From: Danionella cerebrum
Taxonomy: Eukaryota
NCBI GenBank assembly: GCA_007224835.1
Contig: SRMA01025353.1
Location: forward strand, 363,535-427,534
Length of the DNA: 64,000 nucleotides
Direction of reading: 5' to 3'
Below are positions 22,790 through 35,700 of the stretch, in pieces. How positions within the stretch are numbered: position 1 is the first letter of the stretch; each line of letters begins with the position of its first letter. The notes below the pieces were generated by a model that saw only the letters and a program-made list of their open reading frames with translations, did not search any database and had not been told where the DNA came from. Both the position numbers and the translations under genes were made by a program.

Positions 22790-23200
22790 TACCAGCAAAA
22801 TGGAATGGTTGCCAGGGTAGAACTTTTGGTTGCTATGGAGGAGTCAGTGACTTCATATAAAGTTCCCCTTGGCAGTAATATAAACCAACCCCGATGATTT
22901 TTCTTAGCTGAGGTAGTGATTTGCCAAAATTGTGCTATGGTAAAAAAATCACGTTGCTATGGAGGAGGGTAGTGACCTAAAATAATGTTCTGTTTGTCAC
23001 AGTTAGTAATGTAAACCAATCCCCATATATTTATCATTTACTATGGATGAGATAAATGAGAAAAAAATCAGAAAATTTGGTTGCTAGGGTAAACAGTTTG
23101 CAAAGGAGCCGTCAATGAATAGTTAATTTGTTACTATGAGTAGCTTAAACAAACTAGCATCTCTCTAAACATCGTCATAGCAACCTGCTTTTAATTTTTA
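22790..23200. repeat. Dispersed repeat family with internal 'ggttgctatgg / ggttgctaggg' sub-repeats. The same family recurs at 32150-32480, 33880-34140 and 53290-53540
   Basis: Four copies share blocks such as ttgctatggaggag..cagtgac..ataaaccaaccccgatgatttt..tagctgaggtag. Confidence 0.5.
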
Positions 23201-24924
23201 ATGGCCTTTATGAGTGAAATGTACTTATTTAATCCCTCCTAGGCACAAGTATTACAAAGTCTGACCTCATTTTAAGTCAATGGACAATTTCCCAGCATTC
23301 TCCCTGTGGACAGAGATTTGACAAGAAATGTATTTCCTAACATTTATATGTTCCTGATTGCTATACTCTTGTGCTACAAAATAAATATTCAATAAGGTTC
23401 TCAAGTATTTTTTTTTTACCTTTGTTAAAGGTTTTAAGAGAATCTATTGATTTTTAAAGATTTAAGGAGCGAAGGGATGATACATTAGAAAAAAAATTAA
23501 ATACATTTCCAGATTTTCGCATTAAAAAGTTACATTTTAAAGAAGTCATGATTAAAATGATAAAGATGTCACACCATATGACAATTTAAGACATTGGTGT
23601 AGCAAATTGATAGAAAAAAATGCATATTTTCAACATCTAATAACAGAACATACAGAGTCAGATATACACAAAAATATTTCAGGGGTGAAATTTCTTTGAA
23701 GTAAAAAACAAAAAAAAAAAATGAAACTAAATTCGGTTTATAGGTCGACTTTACTCTGCACTACTCTCTTTTTCTGCCCACGTATTATGCCCCTGGGTGC
23801 TTTAGACCTTTTCTAATCTGATAGACGGGCCATGGAAAAGATAACTAAAGCAGTATCTTCTGCATATGCATCACTGCATACATTTTCACTTACAGTGCAT
23901 AGAAACAGCATAAATAATTATCATATTTGCTCACAGAACTGGCATTCTTTACAGGCTGGAGAGTGGTACAATATGGAGAGTCTGCAGGCAACAGTTAAGC
24001 ATGGTGGGGGTTTCTCCAAGCATTTTGTCACACTTTCTTTCTCCTCTAAATTGTTTGTGTATTTGTTAATGTTTTTCATTCCAGATGCATCCACAGTGAT
24101 GCTGAAAAATAACATTCACAAGTGATATGTGCGTTAATGGCAGTGAGTGATTCTGCTGTGTTTCTCCATCCGTCGTTTTTTTTTTCCTCTCTCTTCCCGG
24201 TGCTTTTTTCTCACATGTTGTTTGCTCCTTCACTTTCTGGCCTCCTCATCTGGTCGTCAAAGAGCTGCTGGTGGTGGATAATTAACCCACCCATCTCAAT
24301 TACTCACCGATGGTCTTGAATTGATTGAAAACAATCGCGTTTTAATTTCATACACATTAGTGTCCGCTGCTCTTTAGACTCCTTTTCTTCTCACAGCCCT
24401 TTTCCAACGGTGACCATCTTCTGGAGATCTGAAGATGCTTTTGATCTTGTGCTGCCGAAATAGGAATTCAGATGTACGGAGTCCAATTAAATTTCAATTT
24501 GACTCAAAGTGAAACAAATGGCACGTATTCTTCAAGAACATTGTTTTACTGCAACTCATTACCATGGTGACAGTCGGGTCGAGTTTAGGGGACGTGACAT
24601 CATCACTTTGATGTCTGGTACTGTCAGTGTCAGTGTCACTCAAAGGAAACAGAGGGTCTCCTCCAGATCGCTCTTTCTTTGTTTTATTTCTTCACGAGTG
24701 GAAGCTTAAATTCAATCATGTTTCATTTCGTTCTGACACGTTCTGATTGAAAAGAAAGCTTATGAAGAAATCAATAGCTGTGCGACTGTCCTGGAATCAG
24801 CTGCACTTGACATCTCATACAAGAAAAGATCATTTGGATTTGAAAACACAAGCTGCTATACTGTCTTCATACAAAATAAACATTTTGTTGAATTTTTAAA
24901 AATTGGTTCAATGACTCTTAACCA

Positions 24925-25432
24925 ACTCAGTGGCCACTTTATTAGGTACACCCGTCCAACTGCTCGTTAATGCAAATTTCAAAATTAGCCAATCACATCA
25001 CATCACAGCAACTCAATGCATTTAGGCACGTAGACATGGTCACCACCATCTGGGAAGGGATTGTGATTTAATCGACTCTGAACGTTGCAAGGTTGTTGGT
25101 GCCATAGTAATTCAGAAACTGCTGATCTACAGGGATTTTCACACACAATCATCTCTAGGGTTTACAGTAGAGCATCTCTGAACACACAACCTGAACATTT
25201 TACAAATGGGCTACAGCAGCAGAAGACCACACTGGGTGCCACTCTTAGCAGCTAAGAACAGGAAACTGAGGCTACAATTCAGTGAAGCTGACAAATCTGC
25301 AGCAAGTGTGTGATGCTCTCATGTCAATATGGAGCAAACTCTGAGGAGTCTTTCCAGTACCGTGTTAAATCTATGCCATGAAGGATTAGACAGTTCTGAG
25401 ATGGGGGTACCTAATGAAGTGGCCGGCAGGAG
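24925..25432. mobile_element. ~500-bp non-autonomous Tc1/mariner-type element with terminal inverted repeats (ggccactttattaggtacacc ... ggtacctaatgaagtggcc)
   Basis: Perfect ~20-bp inverted termini. A second copy with the same termini and internal sequence lies at 42225-42965, and a solo end at ~44917-44950. Confidence 0.7.
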
Positions 25433-26519
25433 TATGTTAAAATAAACATTTTTTTCTTTAAGTCACCAAATAAATGTCACAAAGCATTTGCATTTTTCAA
25501 TAAAAGTATTTTGTGTTCTTCGTCTAAGAATTCTATTGTTTTTCAAAGGAATATAATTATTTAATATCTTTTAAATCAAGAAACTACTTAATTATGCATA
25601 TGCACAATCCTGTTATTAACTTAGAGTACTGGTTTATTTCTGTACTTCTTATGATGAATTGTTTATTAAGAAGGTGCCATGATTATGAAAAGTCCTAGTG
25701 CCTGTAAACATTTCAGTAGGATCTGATTTTATTTTATATACTGAGAAAAAAGCACCACACATTTGCATGAACGTCGGCATTACATTTTATTGATATTTAG
25801 CATGTTTTTCTTGTCTAAATGCACTTGAACCAGATATGGTTGGATGAACGGAGGATGCCACAATTGTGTCTTCTTTATAAAATAATTCAAATGTGAGTTT
25901 TACACAACAGGAAGCATTCAAACTTGCCCTTATATAAATGCCAGTGACCCTCTGGAACAATCTAAAGGTCAAAACAGATGTTTTACAACCCAACATATCG
26001 GGTTCATTTGTACTTTTAAACATTTATTCAGTTTTATCTTGCTTTAAAACAAGGTACAGTTGATATTTCATATTTGTGTGTCAATATGTTGGAATCTAAT
26101 TTTAAAAAGAGAAAAGCTATATCTGTTTTCTCGAACAGAGCGGCATCAAAAAAAGTAATTGATTCAAAAACATCCCAATTTTTATCAAGGGGGTTACTGG
26201 GGTGTATTATCTAGGACATAATACACATACATAATCTTTTTTTTATTGAGAAACAAGAGGATTCTTGCAAAATTACTGCAAAATTATTACTGTTACATAC
26301 TCTAAGCGCACAAATGTTCACACTGCCACCTAGTGGGTGAATGATATTATACACTCTTATACAAATCAAACTAGACCCTGGAGTGCTTAGCATTACGGTC
26401 TGAAAACGTTTAAGATTAATTTAAACTGTAAATATTGAATTTAGACAGTAAATTTTTAAATTGTTTCAATTTAGGCTTTGAAAAATATATTTTAATTTAT
26501 TTTTAAGTGTTTTGATTAG

Positions 26520-26900
26520 TATTGTCCCTGCAATGGACTGGTGACCTGTCCAGGGTGTACCCCTGCTTCTCGCCCAATGTGCGCTGGAGATAGGCACCTT
26601 AATGTAGGTATTTATCATATTGTTACACCCCTAGTGCTTAGTTCTCCAAGATGTTTGGAACAACCTCAAAGCAGAGTTCCTGTAGAAGTACTCTTGACTG
26701 CAGACCTTAGATGGGATAAGCCCCACCCACTGGAGTTGCAGCCCCACCCATTGAATGTTGAATTGTGACGTCACCACCATGATAAACAGGTTTAGGCTTA
26801 GGATTAGGGTGAGGGAGTACAACCAATGAGATGACACGTGGGCAGGTGGTTCAAGGGGGTGGGGCTGCATGTTTGGTGGGTGTGGCTTAACCCGTCTGCA
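26520..26900. repeat. Teleost interspersed repeat (SINE-like) fragment containing tggactggtgacctgtccagggtgtacccctgcttctcgcccaa
   Basis: I recognise this motif as recurring in fish SINE/DNA-element consensus sequences. I cannot name the family without a Dfam search. Confidence 0.4.
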
Positions 26901-29048
26901 GACAGAGGCGTCTCAGTGTGGCTTGGGTAACAGCTGCTAGATTGAAGGGTGGTCATTCAAAATATTGATTTGATTTTCTACATTTTTTTTGTTTAATTTG
27001 CTGCAAATTGAAGGATTTACCCATCACTCCACCCCACAACTTTTCACAGTGATGTAGCTCTCAACAATATTCAACTACCCTTTTCAGAATCATATCCTTT
27101 AATGTGGTGTTCCATGACACGAACAGATGATGCACTTTGATAGTGATCATACAATATCCGTGTCTGCACGGTTTATGAAACACGATTCACAACCACCACA
27201 GCAAAAGCATTCCCTCACGGATCAAATCCCTGGCTTTTGAACTCATTATTATTGAGTCTTATTAACTAACCCTAGTAGCATTTTATAATAGAGGGCCACT
27301 TGACCTACAGCTTATGCATTTAACGGATAGAATCCAATTAGGACGGCTCATTTAGACCTTGATCGGACTGTGGTAGTAACAGTGAATTGTGATGCAGAAA
27401 AAAAATAACATACTGAGTCTGTGGGGCTTATGGGTAAAATGAGACTGGCTAATTGGGATGGCAGGCCAGCACGTTAGTGGGAAGCTTTCCACCCCATTTG
27501 CTATCTGCCAGACACTTCACTCTCCTTTTGTTACATCTGGGTGACAGAGGCACATAGATCAGCATGATCGCATTCTAAAAAGAGTTGTGTTAGGAGAGGG
27601 CGCAGCACTAGGGATTTCATGAGCTGCTAATATATTATGCCACACATCTGCGAGAGAGACGGACAAGCCAATGTGGTAAAAAAAAGTATTTGATGCACAA
27701 AAATATTCTCAACTGTGCACATACAGCAGAGGAAAAGACAGAAAATCCTCAGGGAGGAGATGGAAAGAATAGGTATAGGAGAGATGGCAGCGGGAATGAG
27801 TGGGAAGAGATCGGAGGAGAATAATGGGGGGGGGGGGGTAGGAGATCAAGGAAGCAGTGGTTTTTAATGAGGCAAAAAAAGAAATGAAGAAGGGATTACG
27901 CTGCAGACGTAAAGCAAAAGAGATTTCAAATGGAATTAGATCAAGTCCAGTTCAGAACAAAAAATATAATAAATAAGTTTTGTGATCTGCGGATGTGTCT
28001 TATGTGGGAGTGTGTATCCTCACGCGTGTATCATTAGCCATCATTAGAGTAAATTACATAGAAGGAGAGAGACAGATGCTGCTTTTGGCACCTCTAACTG
28101 TAGTTTGAACCCTCGCACCACAGAAACATACTGAGCAAACGACAGCCAAGAGGATGACGATACAAGCATGCAGCGAGAGAAAGAAATATTTGGTCCCCTG
28201 CTGGTTTTTGGAATCGAAAAGCAAGAAAATGATCAGTGAATAAATCAGTTCTTAATGCTAGGCTCGTTTAACTAGCGAGAGAAAGGAAAGCATTTTTAAA
28301 TTAAAGCTGCAAGCAGCGTTCAAAGGATCCAGAGCGTTCAAAACACAACCAGTGAAACAACCAAAAACTTTGGGTCATTTGAAAAGTTTCTGATTTCACA
28401 GGAGTAAACAGAGTTGTTTGACAATAAGTGGCTTCACCCAACCACCAGCTATGAGTTAAAATAATGCATTTATGTCATCCTCAATATTTTCAGAATAATT
28501 AGAAAATCTGTCAGGGTACATGTACAAACTGCACATGCTTAACTCATGTAGCAACCCCTTGGATCCCAGAGAGAAAGTCTCGACAGGTGCTCTAGGGTTT
28601 CGTTTAGTTAAATACTCGCAGTACCATCAGCTCCTTTCCATCTTACACCATCGCACCGTGAAAACTGCTTTCAAAATATACAAACAAACATTTCACAATA
28701 CAGTTGTAAGGGTGGTCCATGGGTTGATCTTACACAGTTCCTAACAAATATAAACTCCTTATTATGTTAAACAGATAAAATGCCAAACCTTCGTACACAC
28801 AACAATGCATTTCAAAAATACAAGACACTAATCCTGAGGAAAACGAACAAACATACCTTGCTGCGCTCACCAAGGAATGCAAATGTCTAATACGCTGATC
28901 CTTTTCTTCTGTTACTAAACAGGCGTCAAAGTTTACTTTATTGTGCAAATGAGACTTAAAACTTGGAGACATTCCTAAAAAAGCCTTCCTCATGATCAAA
29001 CCTGTGCAAGCTACGGTGTCACACACAGGCCAAAATTCAATTCTACAC

Positions 29049-29068
29049 ACACACACACACACACACAC
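29049..29068. repeat. (CA)10 microsatellite
   Basis: acacacacacacacacacac. Confidence 0.95.
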
Positions 29069-30486
29069 TATTCAGGCACATACAATATCCAGTCACACAT
29101 CCGCACACCAAACACATTAAAGGACGCACATTTGCAAATATATCAAATTTAGAAATTAGACATATTTATAATTTGCTCAAAATGCAAACATTCAGGGACT
29201 AGTTTACAACTCAAAATGATGTGCAAATCACTAAAAACTGCCATAATTATAAATGGAAATTTGTTCTCTTCCTCTTGCAATTCGTTTAAGATAATTTTAA
29301 GTCGACGTGCATTCATTTGCTCTGTCAACATTAATAAGCAGGGCGTCTCTATCTGTCTGCATGAAGGATTTAGAGTTCTCTTAAAGGTACAGGTCCTTTC
29401 ATCAATAGTTTTGTCACCACAAACATTTTCAGCTTCTCTGCTTACAGAAAAAAAGGAACAAATACGTTTAATTTCTTTAATCCAGTTAAGTGGCTATCGT
29501 ATTCTACATATTGTAACAAATACACGCTTTAATCATTGAGCAAATAATCCATAATAAAGTCCCTTCTTGGCACGGTTGCAGAGTAACACACACCGACACA
29601 GTGCACAGAGAACCAAGGAAAGTGAGTGGCAGCGACAAACAGAAGCATGCCCACAGGAAATGGAATTAGCCGTAGCGTAAGAGAAAGTGTTGCACATGTG
29701 ACTCAGTCCGAACACACTCTAACAAACACATCACTCCTTCCGTCTTTCCCTCCCTTTCGCCCATCTGTAATCCTGCCCGGATTGTTTTATGCCACACATT
29801 CTCTCCTCTTTATCTCTGGCTCTTCTCCTCCTCCTCTCTCTCTCGCTTTCTCTCCCACACACCATCTCTCCCTCCCCCTCCTCCCCTCTCTCCCTCTTTC
29901 TCCCGTTCTCCATCTCTGTCACTTGCACCACCTGTTAGTGCAGACTCTTGTGCTTTGGAATTCACTTGTTTATGAGGGACTCTTTCACACTCGCACAAAG
30001 GTAAGGGAAAAAACCTCCGCCGTCACCTCTGCTGGTAACTTCCAAGCATCTGTTATGTCATTTAACCTCCTTGTCTATAGCTTTATTTGTTTGTCCCTCT
30101 CTTTGCAAACGCCTCCCCCCTTTCTCTCTTGGAATCTGTAATTAGCCAGTCCATTGTTAACCCCTTGTTGCTGTGTTAATAGTTTTTTTGTGCTTATAAT
30201 TGTTGCTAAAGTCTTTACTTCTCCTGCTCTGCGCTCTGTCTTTGTTAAGTATTAATGTAGTAACATATGCGTTCACATTAACCTTTTCACTCTCTTCCTG
30301 TGACTCCCTCCACCTCCAACTCTCATTTGCTCTTTGTTTGTATGTATTTGTAACTTTAGGACGAGCGTTCTGACAGGTCAGGAGGACGTCGAAATAATCC
30401 AGCTCTCATTAACACTCTAATATGAGATAATAGAATGCTTTTTTTGTGTGTGAAGTGCTTGTCGAAACCTGTGATGCACATCGTGC

Positions 30487-30552
30487 CCTCTTTTTCTCTC
30501 TCTCTCTCTCTCTCTATCTCTCCCTCTCTCTCTCTCCAGCTCTCTCCCTCTC
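30487..30552. repeat. (TC)n microsatellite, with (GA)11 nearby at 30661-30684 and CT-rich low complexity at 29780-29930
   Basis: tctctctctctctctctctatctctccctctctctctc ; gagagagagagagagagagaga. Confidence 0.9.
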
Positions 30553-31999
30553 TCCATCACTGACGGAAACAGTGAGTGACTGTGAAACGCTGATGTGCCT
30601 CTCATCAGGACCACTGATACCATGTGAATAAAAGAGAACATGATAACACACTGATGAAGCATGAGAGAGAGAGAGAGAGAGAGAAACTTCAGGAAATCTT
30701 GAACAATCTTTTCAATGGAATGAACAGATTTAATGTGGAGGTGCACACAGTACTGTGCAAAAGTTTGAGGCAGTTGGTAAACAATGCTGTACACAAAGAA
30801 TGCTTGGAGAAATGTAAACGTTCATTTATTTTAATCATTGAACGCATTCAAATCTAAAGTATATCAGGATTTTCAGTTCTTCTAGCTGCATTTGCACTCA
30901 GATCAGCAGTAAATCAGCAGTACTTTTTGTTCTTCTTCATGCTGAAGATAGTTCTCTATGTTTGGAGTCATTGTCCTGCTGCAGAATAAATTAGCAACCA
31001 ATCATACGCATCCCTGATGGGGTACACCATTCTGATCCATTTTAATCCTAAACAAATCATTTACAGAAATTCAGACCCAAACGTTTAAGGAACCTCCACC
31101 TTGCAGAGCACATGAATATGTTGGAGGTTTGGCTGCAACTCTTCCACTTCTGGATTTCTCTGGACAGAGTTTCTGGGTTCCTCTGGTTTCTGCCAGTTCT
31201 GAGCTGTTACTGCTGTACATTTTCTATTGTTGAAGTGTAATTAGCTTAATGTTTCTTTCATCTGGTGTTAGTTTTCTTGGCTGACCACTGTGTCTGTTCC
31301 TTTTGCTTCTTGCAAAAGAGCTTGAACACCCTGAAACCCCTGTTTATTTTGGCATTGATGTCTGGGAGAGACCTTGTTGATGCAGAATAACTACCTGGTG
31401 CAGTGCAGCGTGCAGTGGAATATTTATTTTCCTCACAGTACTTTTGATGTTTCACAGAGTTAATAGGATAATGGACAGCCAGTCGTAACAATAGATAGAG
31501 TTTGGGATCAGCATGATTTCAGGCAGATGCAGCGGAGACTGAGATAACTAAATATCCTGGAAGAGCAAATTAGATGCTTCTGTCATAGAATTAAACCCAC
31601 TCTTCCACTTGATTAGTTAATTTGATCTGCTAATGAATAAGTTGACAGCGTCCCAAATCCCCAATATAGCTCTGAATTTAATAATGTGAGTTTTGAGTGT
31701 CAACAGTGCGTGTCATAATGCACTGTGATAATACAGTGCCAAACTGAGGCAGTCATTTACAGTACTGGAAAATCTCCACTCGTTACCCCCCCCCCCCCCA
31801 TCACTTCTCAACAGCCTCTTCATGTCTTGCTGTGATCTAATCTTAAGCGCTGACATTCATTCGTTTGCTTACTACACGCAGTACGCTAGATTTCAATGTG
31901 CACAGTTCAAAGCAAACGCTGGGCTAAAGAGCCTGTGCGATGTTATGACTCACTGCAGTGTTCAAGTTCTTTTCAAGAAGGGGCATAACAGGGAGGGGT

Positions 32000-34140
32000 A
32001 CTTTTTAGTGTTTACACTGCATGAAGTTTACTTTTAAGAATAACTGTCTTTGTGACCTGCCAATAATAATATTAATAACTGGACGGGTGAACTCTGATGT
32101 TGGCTTGTACTTGTGCTGTTTAAAACTATTTTTGTAAATGTTGCCATTTTCACAAGTTACATAAACCAACCCCCTTCCCCTTGTCTCTATGATTTTCATA
32201 AGCTGAGGTAGGGATGTGCCAAAATGGTTGCTATGGTAAATATTCTAGTTGCTATGGAGTTGTCAGTGATATAATATAATGTTCATCATGTCAATATGAG
32301 TAAAAAAAAAACCAACTCCTATATCTCGATGATTTTCATTAGCTGATTTGCTGATTTTCTGCTATGTTCAGAAAAATTGTTTGCTTGGGTAAACTGTTTG
32401 GTTGCTAGGGAGCTGTCAGTGATAGTAATACATGATTTTATTTGTTACTATGACTAGCATAAGCAAACCCCCATTTCTCTATTATCTTTAATCTTGAAGA
32501 ATTTTTTGGTGCCATTTTGTTTTTGATGTCAATGGTAATGGTAACTCCTTTTAGAGCCTGGGTTTCAAATACTTTTGCACAGCATCTGCTATGTTCTGAT
32601 AGTGTCCACAAGTGTGGTCTGATTGAAGAACAAACAAACATATGTATCCTCAACTTTAAAATAAAAATTAATAATTTATAAACAACTCAAGTAATGCCTT
32701 GAAAAACTGTCTATGGGACAACAAATGAGCGCTGACTCCAGTTTAGGCTGATAAAACGAACGTTCATTTAAATATCTGGCTTGAAATATCAGAAAAGTCA
32801 GACTCCATGTATAGTGCACGGAAAGAGCTGAAATGGCCCTGAATATTTACCTCAAAGAAACATTCTCATAAGATGAGAGAGAGACATATCACATTTAGAT
32901 GATAACAGTTATCAGATTTGTTCCAGTGTGAAAGTATGAGTTCATTGGAAATCTCATTTCATCAAATGCTTTTCGATGCAAATTGGCAGTTCCCTCAGTC
33001 TGAGGGCGAAAACACAATCCTTAGATTTCAGCCATTGCCACTGAAGTGCAAATCATCCCAAATGTTTAGAGAAATAATGAAACATACAGGCTTTGAGCCA
33101 TCGTGGTTCGCTTTATGATGTACAGCAGGTGGTGGGAAGAGATTTGATTTGAGGGATGAATAAAAATTCTTCTTGGCATGAAGTGCTGTGCTAATCACTA
33201 ATCTTGTTAGCGTCCATGTGCCATGATCTTATTAGCCATGCTGCACCAATGCCACTTTATCAACTTACCTGCCCCCACCACAGAGATGGCCATGATGGCT
33301 GTCAAATCAGAAGGTGTCCTGATGGATTGACAGGGAGGATGTGCTCCAGCGGCTTGTAATGACAGGCCAAGAGGACCAAAATTGCCTTAAAGGTCAAAAG
33401 TGTATTAGTTTGGGACCCATTACTGTATTCTTGAGAGTATATCTTCTCAGCAAGAAACATGATCGATTTCTTCTTTAGTGCCATAAAAGTAAATCTAATT
33501 GAAATGCAAAAATAGTACTTCAAAAAAAGTAATATGATTCAATTCCTCATTTAGACTCTGACTTGGACCCGAAACTTGGTCTCCAACACCAGATGACTAT
33601 ATCATTATTAATGATTTTACTTTTAGTTTTTGCAAGATTACTTCAATACATCACTTCCAGAACTTCTATTTCCTTTTATGGATCTCTTCTAGTTCTTGAT
33701 GAATTTGGTTGTGTTTTGGGGGTCAATGATAAATAAGTATCTGCCATTAACACCATTAATCCTGATCAAACCTCAACTGCGTTTGCAGAAATGAAGTCCC
33801 AAATGTTCAACAAATACTAAACCAAAGAATAATGGTAAACTGTCTTTGTGACCTGCCATAAAACAACAAGGCAGCAATTTAATAATAATATTAATAACTA
33901 AATGGCTGAACTTTGATTTTGGTTGTTTTTCACAACAAGTTACATAAACCAACCCCCGCGTCTCTTTGATTTTCATAAGCTGAGGTAGGGATGTGCCAAA
34001 ATTGTTGCTATGGTAAACATTCTAATTGCTACGGAGTTGTCAGTGATATAATATAATGTTAATCATGTTGTCAATATAAATAAAATAAACCCACCCCCAT
34101 ATCTCGATGATTTTCTGTATGAAATTCCAGCATGCCTCAT
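32000..34140. repeat. Local ~0.5-kb segmental duplication: 32000-32480 and 33790-34140 are collinear copies (aataactg..tctttgtgacctgcc..taataatattaataact..ggttgctatgg..)
   Basis: The two blocks are collinear, including flanks beyond the dispersed repeat (ctgtctttgtgacctgcca, aaccaacccc, gattttcataagctgaggtagggatgtgccaaaat). Confidence 0.5.
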
Positions 34141-35234
34141 TGTTGCCATCATTATACAAAATCCTAGTCACTCATTGGCTGCCAATGCTGTCATTCTGGA
34201 GATTCTGGCACCTAATTGGACGTTGGTATCAGACAAAGCCCATGATTGCCCAACTATACACTATATTCCTCAAATTATTCACCTAAATTATTAGTCACAT
34301 TGGGAAACAGGAAAGAAGATGACGACAGAGAGAAAATCAAAGCACACATAGAAAAAATCCTGGATGTCGAGCGGTTTATACTGTTGGTGCTGATCACTGG
34401 GAGCTGTTTGACAAAAATTTGTAGAAAAGAGGATTTGTGGTGCGGCACATCTTTCCTGTTTCCTGTACAAAGTCGCTATGAAAATATGAGATGAGCAACA
34501 CCAAGCGTATCTTTTACATCCTACTCATGTCATCAAAAGAGCCAGCTTTCATTGGTCGTTCTCCTTGCAAAATACGGATCCAATATGGCTCTCCAAATCT
34601 CTTTCGTTGACACCACTCATTCGGTTCTGATGCGTGAGCTCCTGTTGCCGCCCATGGTTCTCAATCGAGGCAGGTTTTCGGACTGTAAATTTGGTACAGT
34701 GTTTATTGGCTTTAACTCCTCTTCGAAAGCTTCTGAACTTCCCACAACACATTTGTGAGGTCACACTGATGTAAGACTAGGTCTGGCTCACAGTCTTCGT
34801 TCTAAATCAGGCCAATCAAGCTCATCCATTCATCAACTATTTGAAAACATCTGCACACTATACACCTCAGTGTCTACTGACCCGCTCTGTCATATAACGT
34901 CTCCCACCACTCTGCTTTTGTGCCCCAATCACTTTCCCTTTATTTTAATTCTTGAGAATAGAAGAAATTTCCCAGTGGAATCACCGAGCTGTTAAGAGCG
35001 GCCTATTCCATGTGCTTCACTTTATACACATGTGGCCACGGAAGTGATTGGAACATCTGAATTTGATTATTTAGACAAGAGAGGGAATCCTTTTGTTAAT
35101 ACAGAATAGCGTGTGTAGGAAAATTGGCTTCCTCTTTAATTTGCTCTTGCAAATGAATCCATCAATCCATGACATTTTTTCAGACATTCTTTGAAGAATT
35201 TTGTTTGGTTTGCCCATAGAAACAAGAAGTTCAT

Positions 35235-35700
35235 GTGAGCACCGCATACAGCTGTGCTCATAGGTTTACACACGCTGGTAAAATTTCAGATTTCGCATTC
35301 ATTTTTCAGAAAATTTGAATGATGACACAAAAAAACAACTGTTTTTAAATCATAATGACAACAGAAACTCCAAATCACCATGATCAAAAGGCTCTTAATC
35401 TTTTGCATTTCTTCCTTTAACATCAATGACAGCCAGACGTCTCTTGAGGTGGTTGTCAATGAAGTTCTTTATCATCTCTGTTGGTAAAGCAGTCCATTCT
35501 TCTTGAAAAAAAGCTGTAAAGTCTTGCATGAACTGTATAAAGGCAATAAAGCAGCGTCTCTATAACTCATATAATTTTCTCTCCTTCTACCAAACTCATT
35601 CGTATGCCCCCCTCGCTCCAGCTCTAACTCTTGTGAAAACGCTCTCTTTGCTTGTCTCCGTGACAATAAATCGCTGCTCTGTTTTTGAGCATGGGTCACG
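35235..35700 (-). mobile_element. Tc1-like element fragment, same family as 2385-2870 (cagctgtgctcataggtttacacacgctgg...)
   Basis: Strong similarity of the terminal and subterminal sequence to the spns1-intron copy. Confidence 0.6.

Noticed and set aside
29626-30141. 171-aa plus-strand ORF (P/S/L-rich)
   Set aside because: It is encoded by CT-rich low-complexity DNA (ctctctc/cctcc runs). It has no domain resemblance and overlaps reverse-strand E/R-rich ORFs typical of simple-repeat artefacts.
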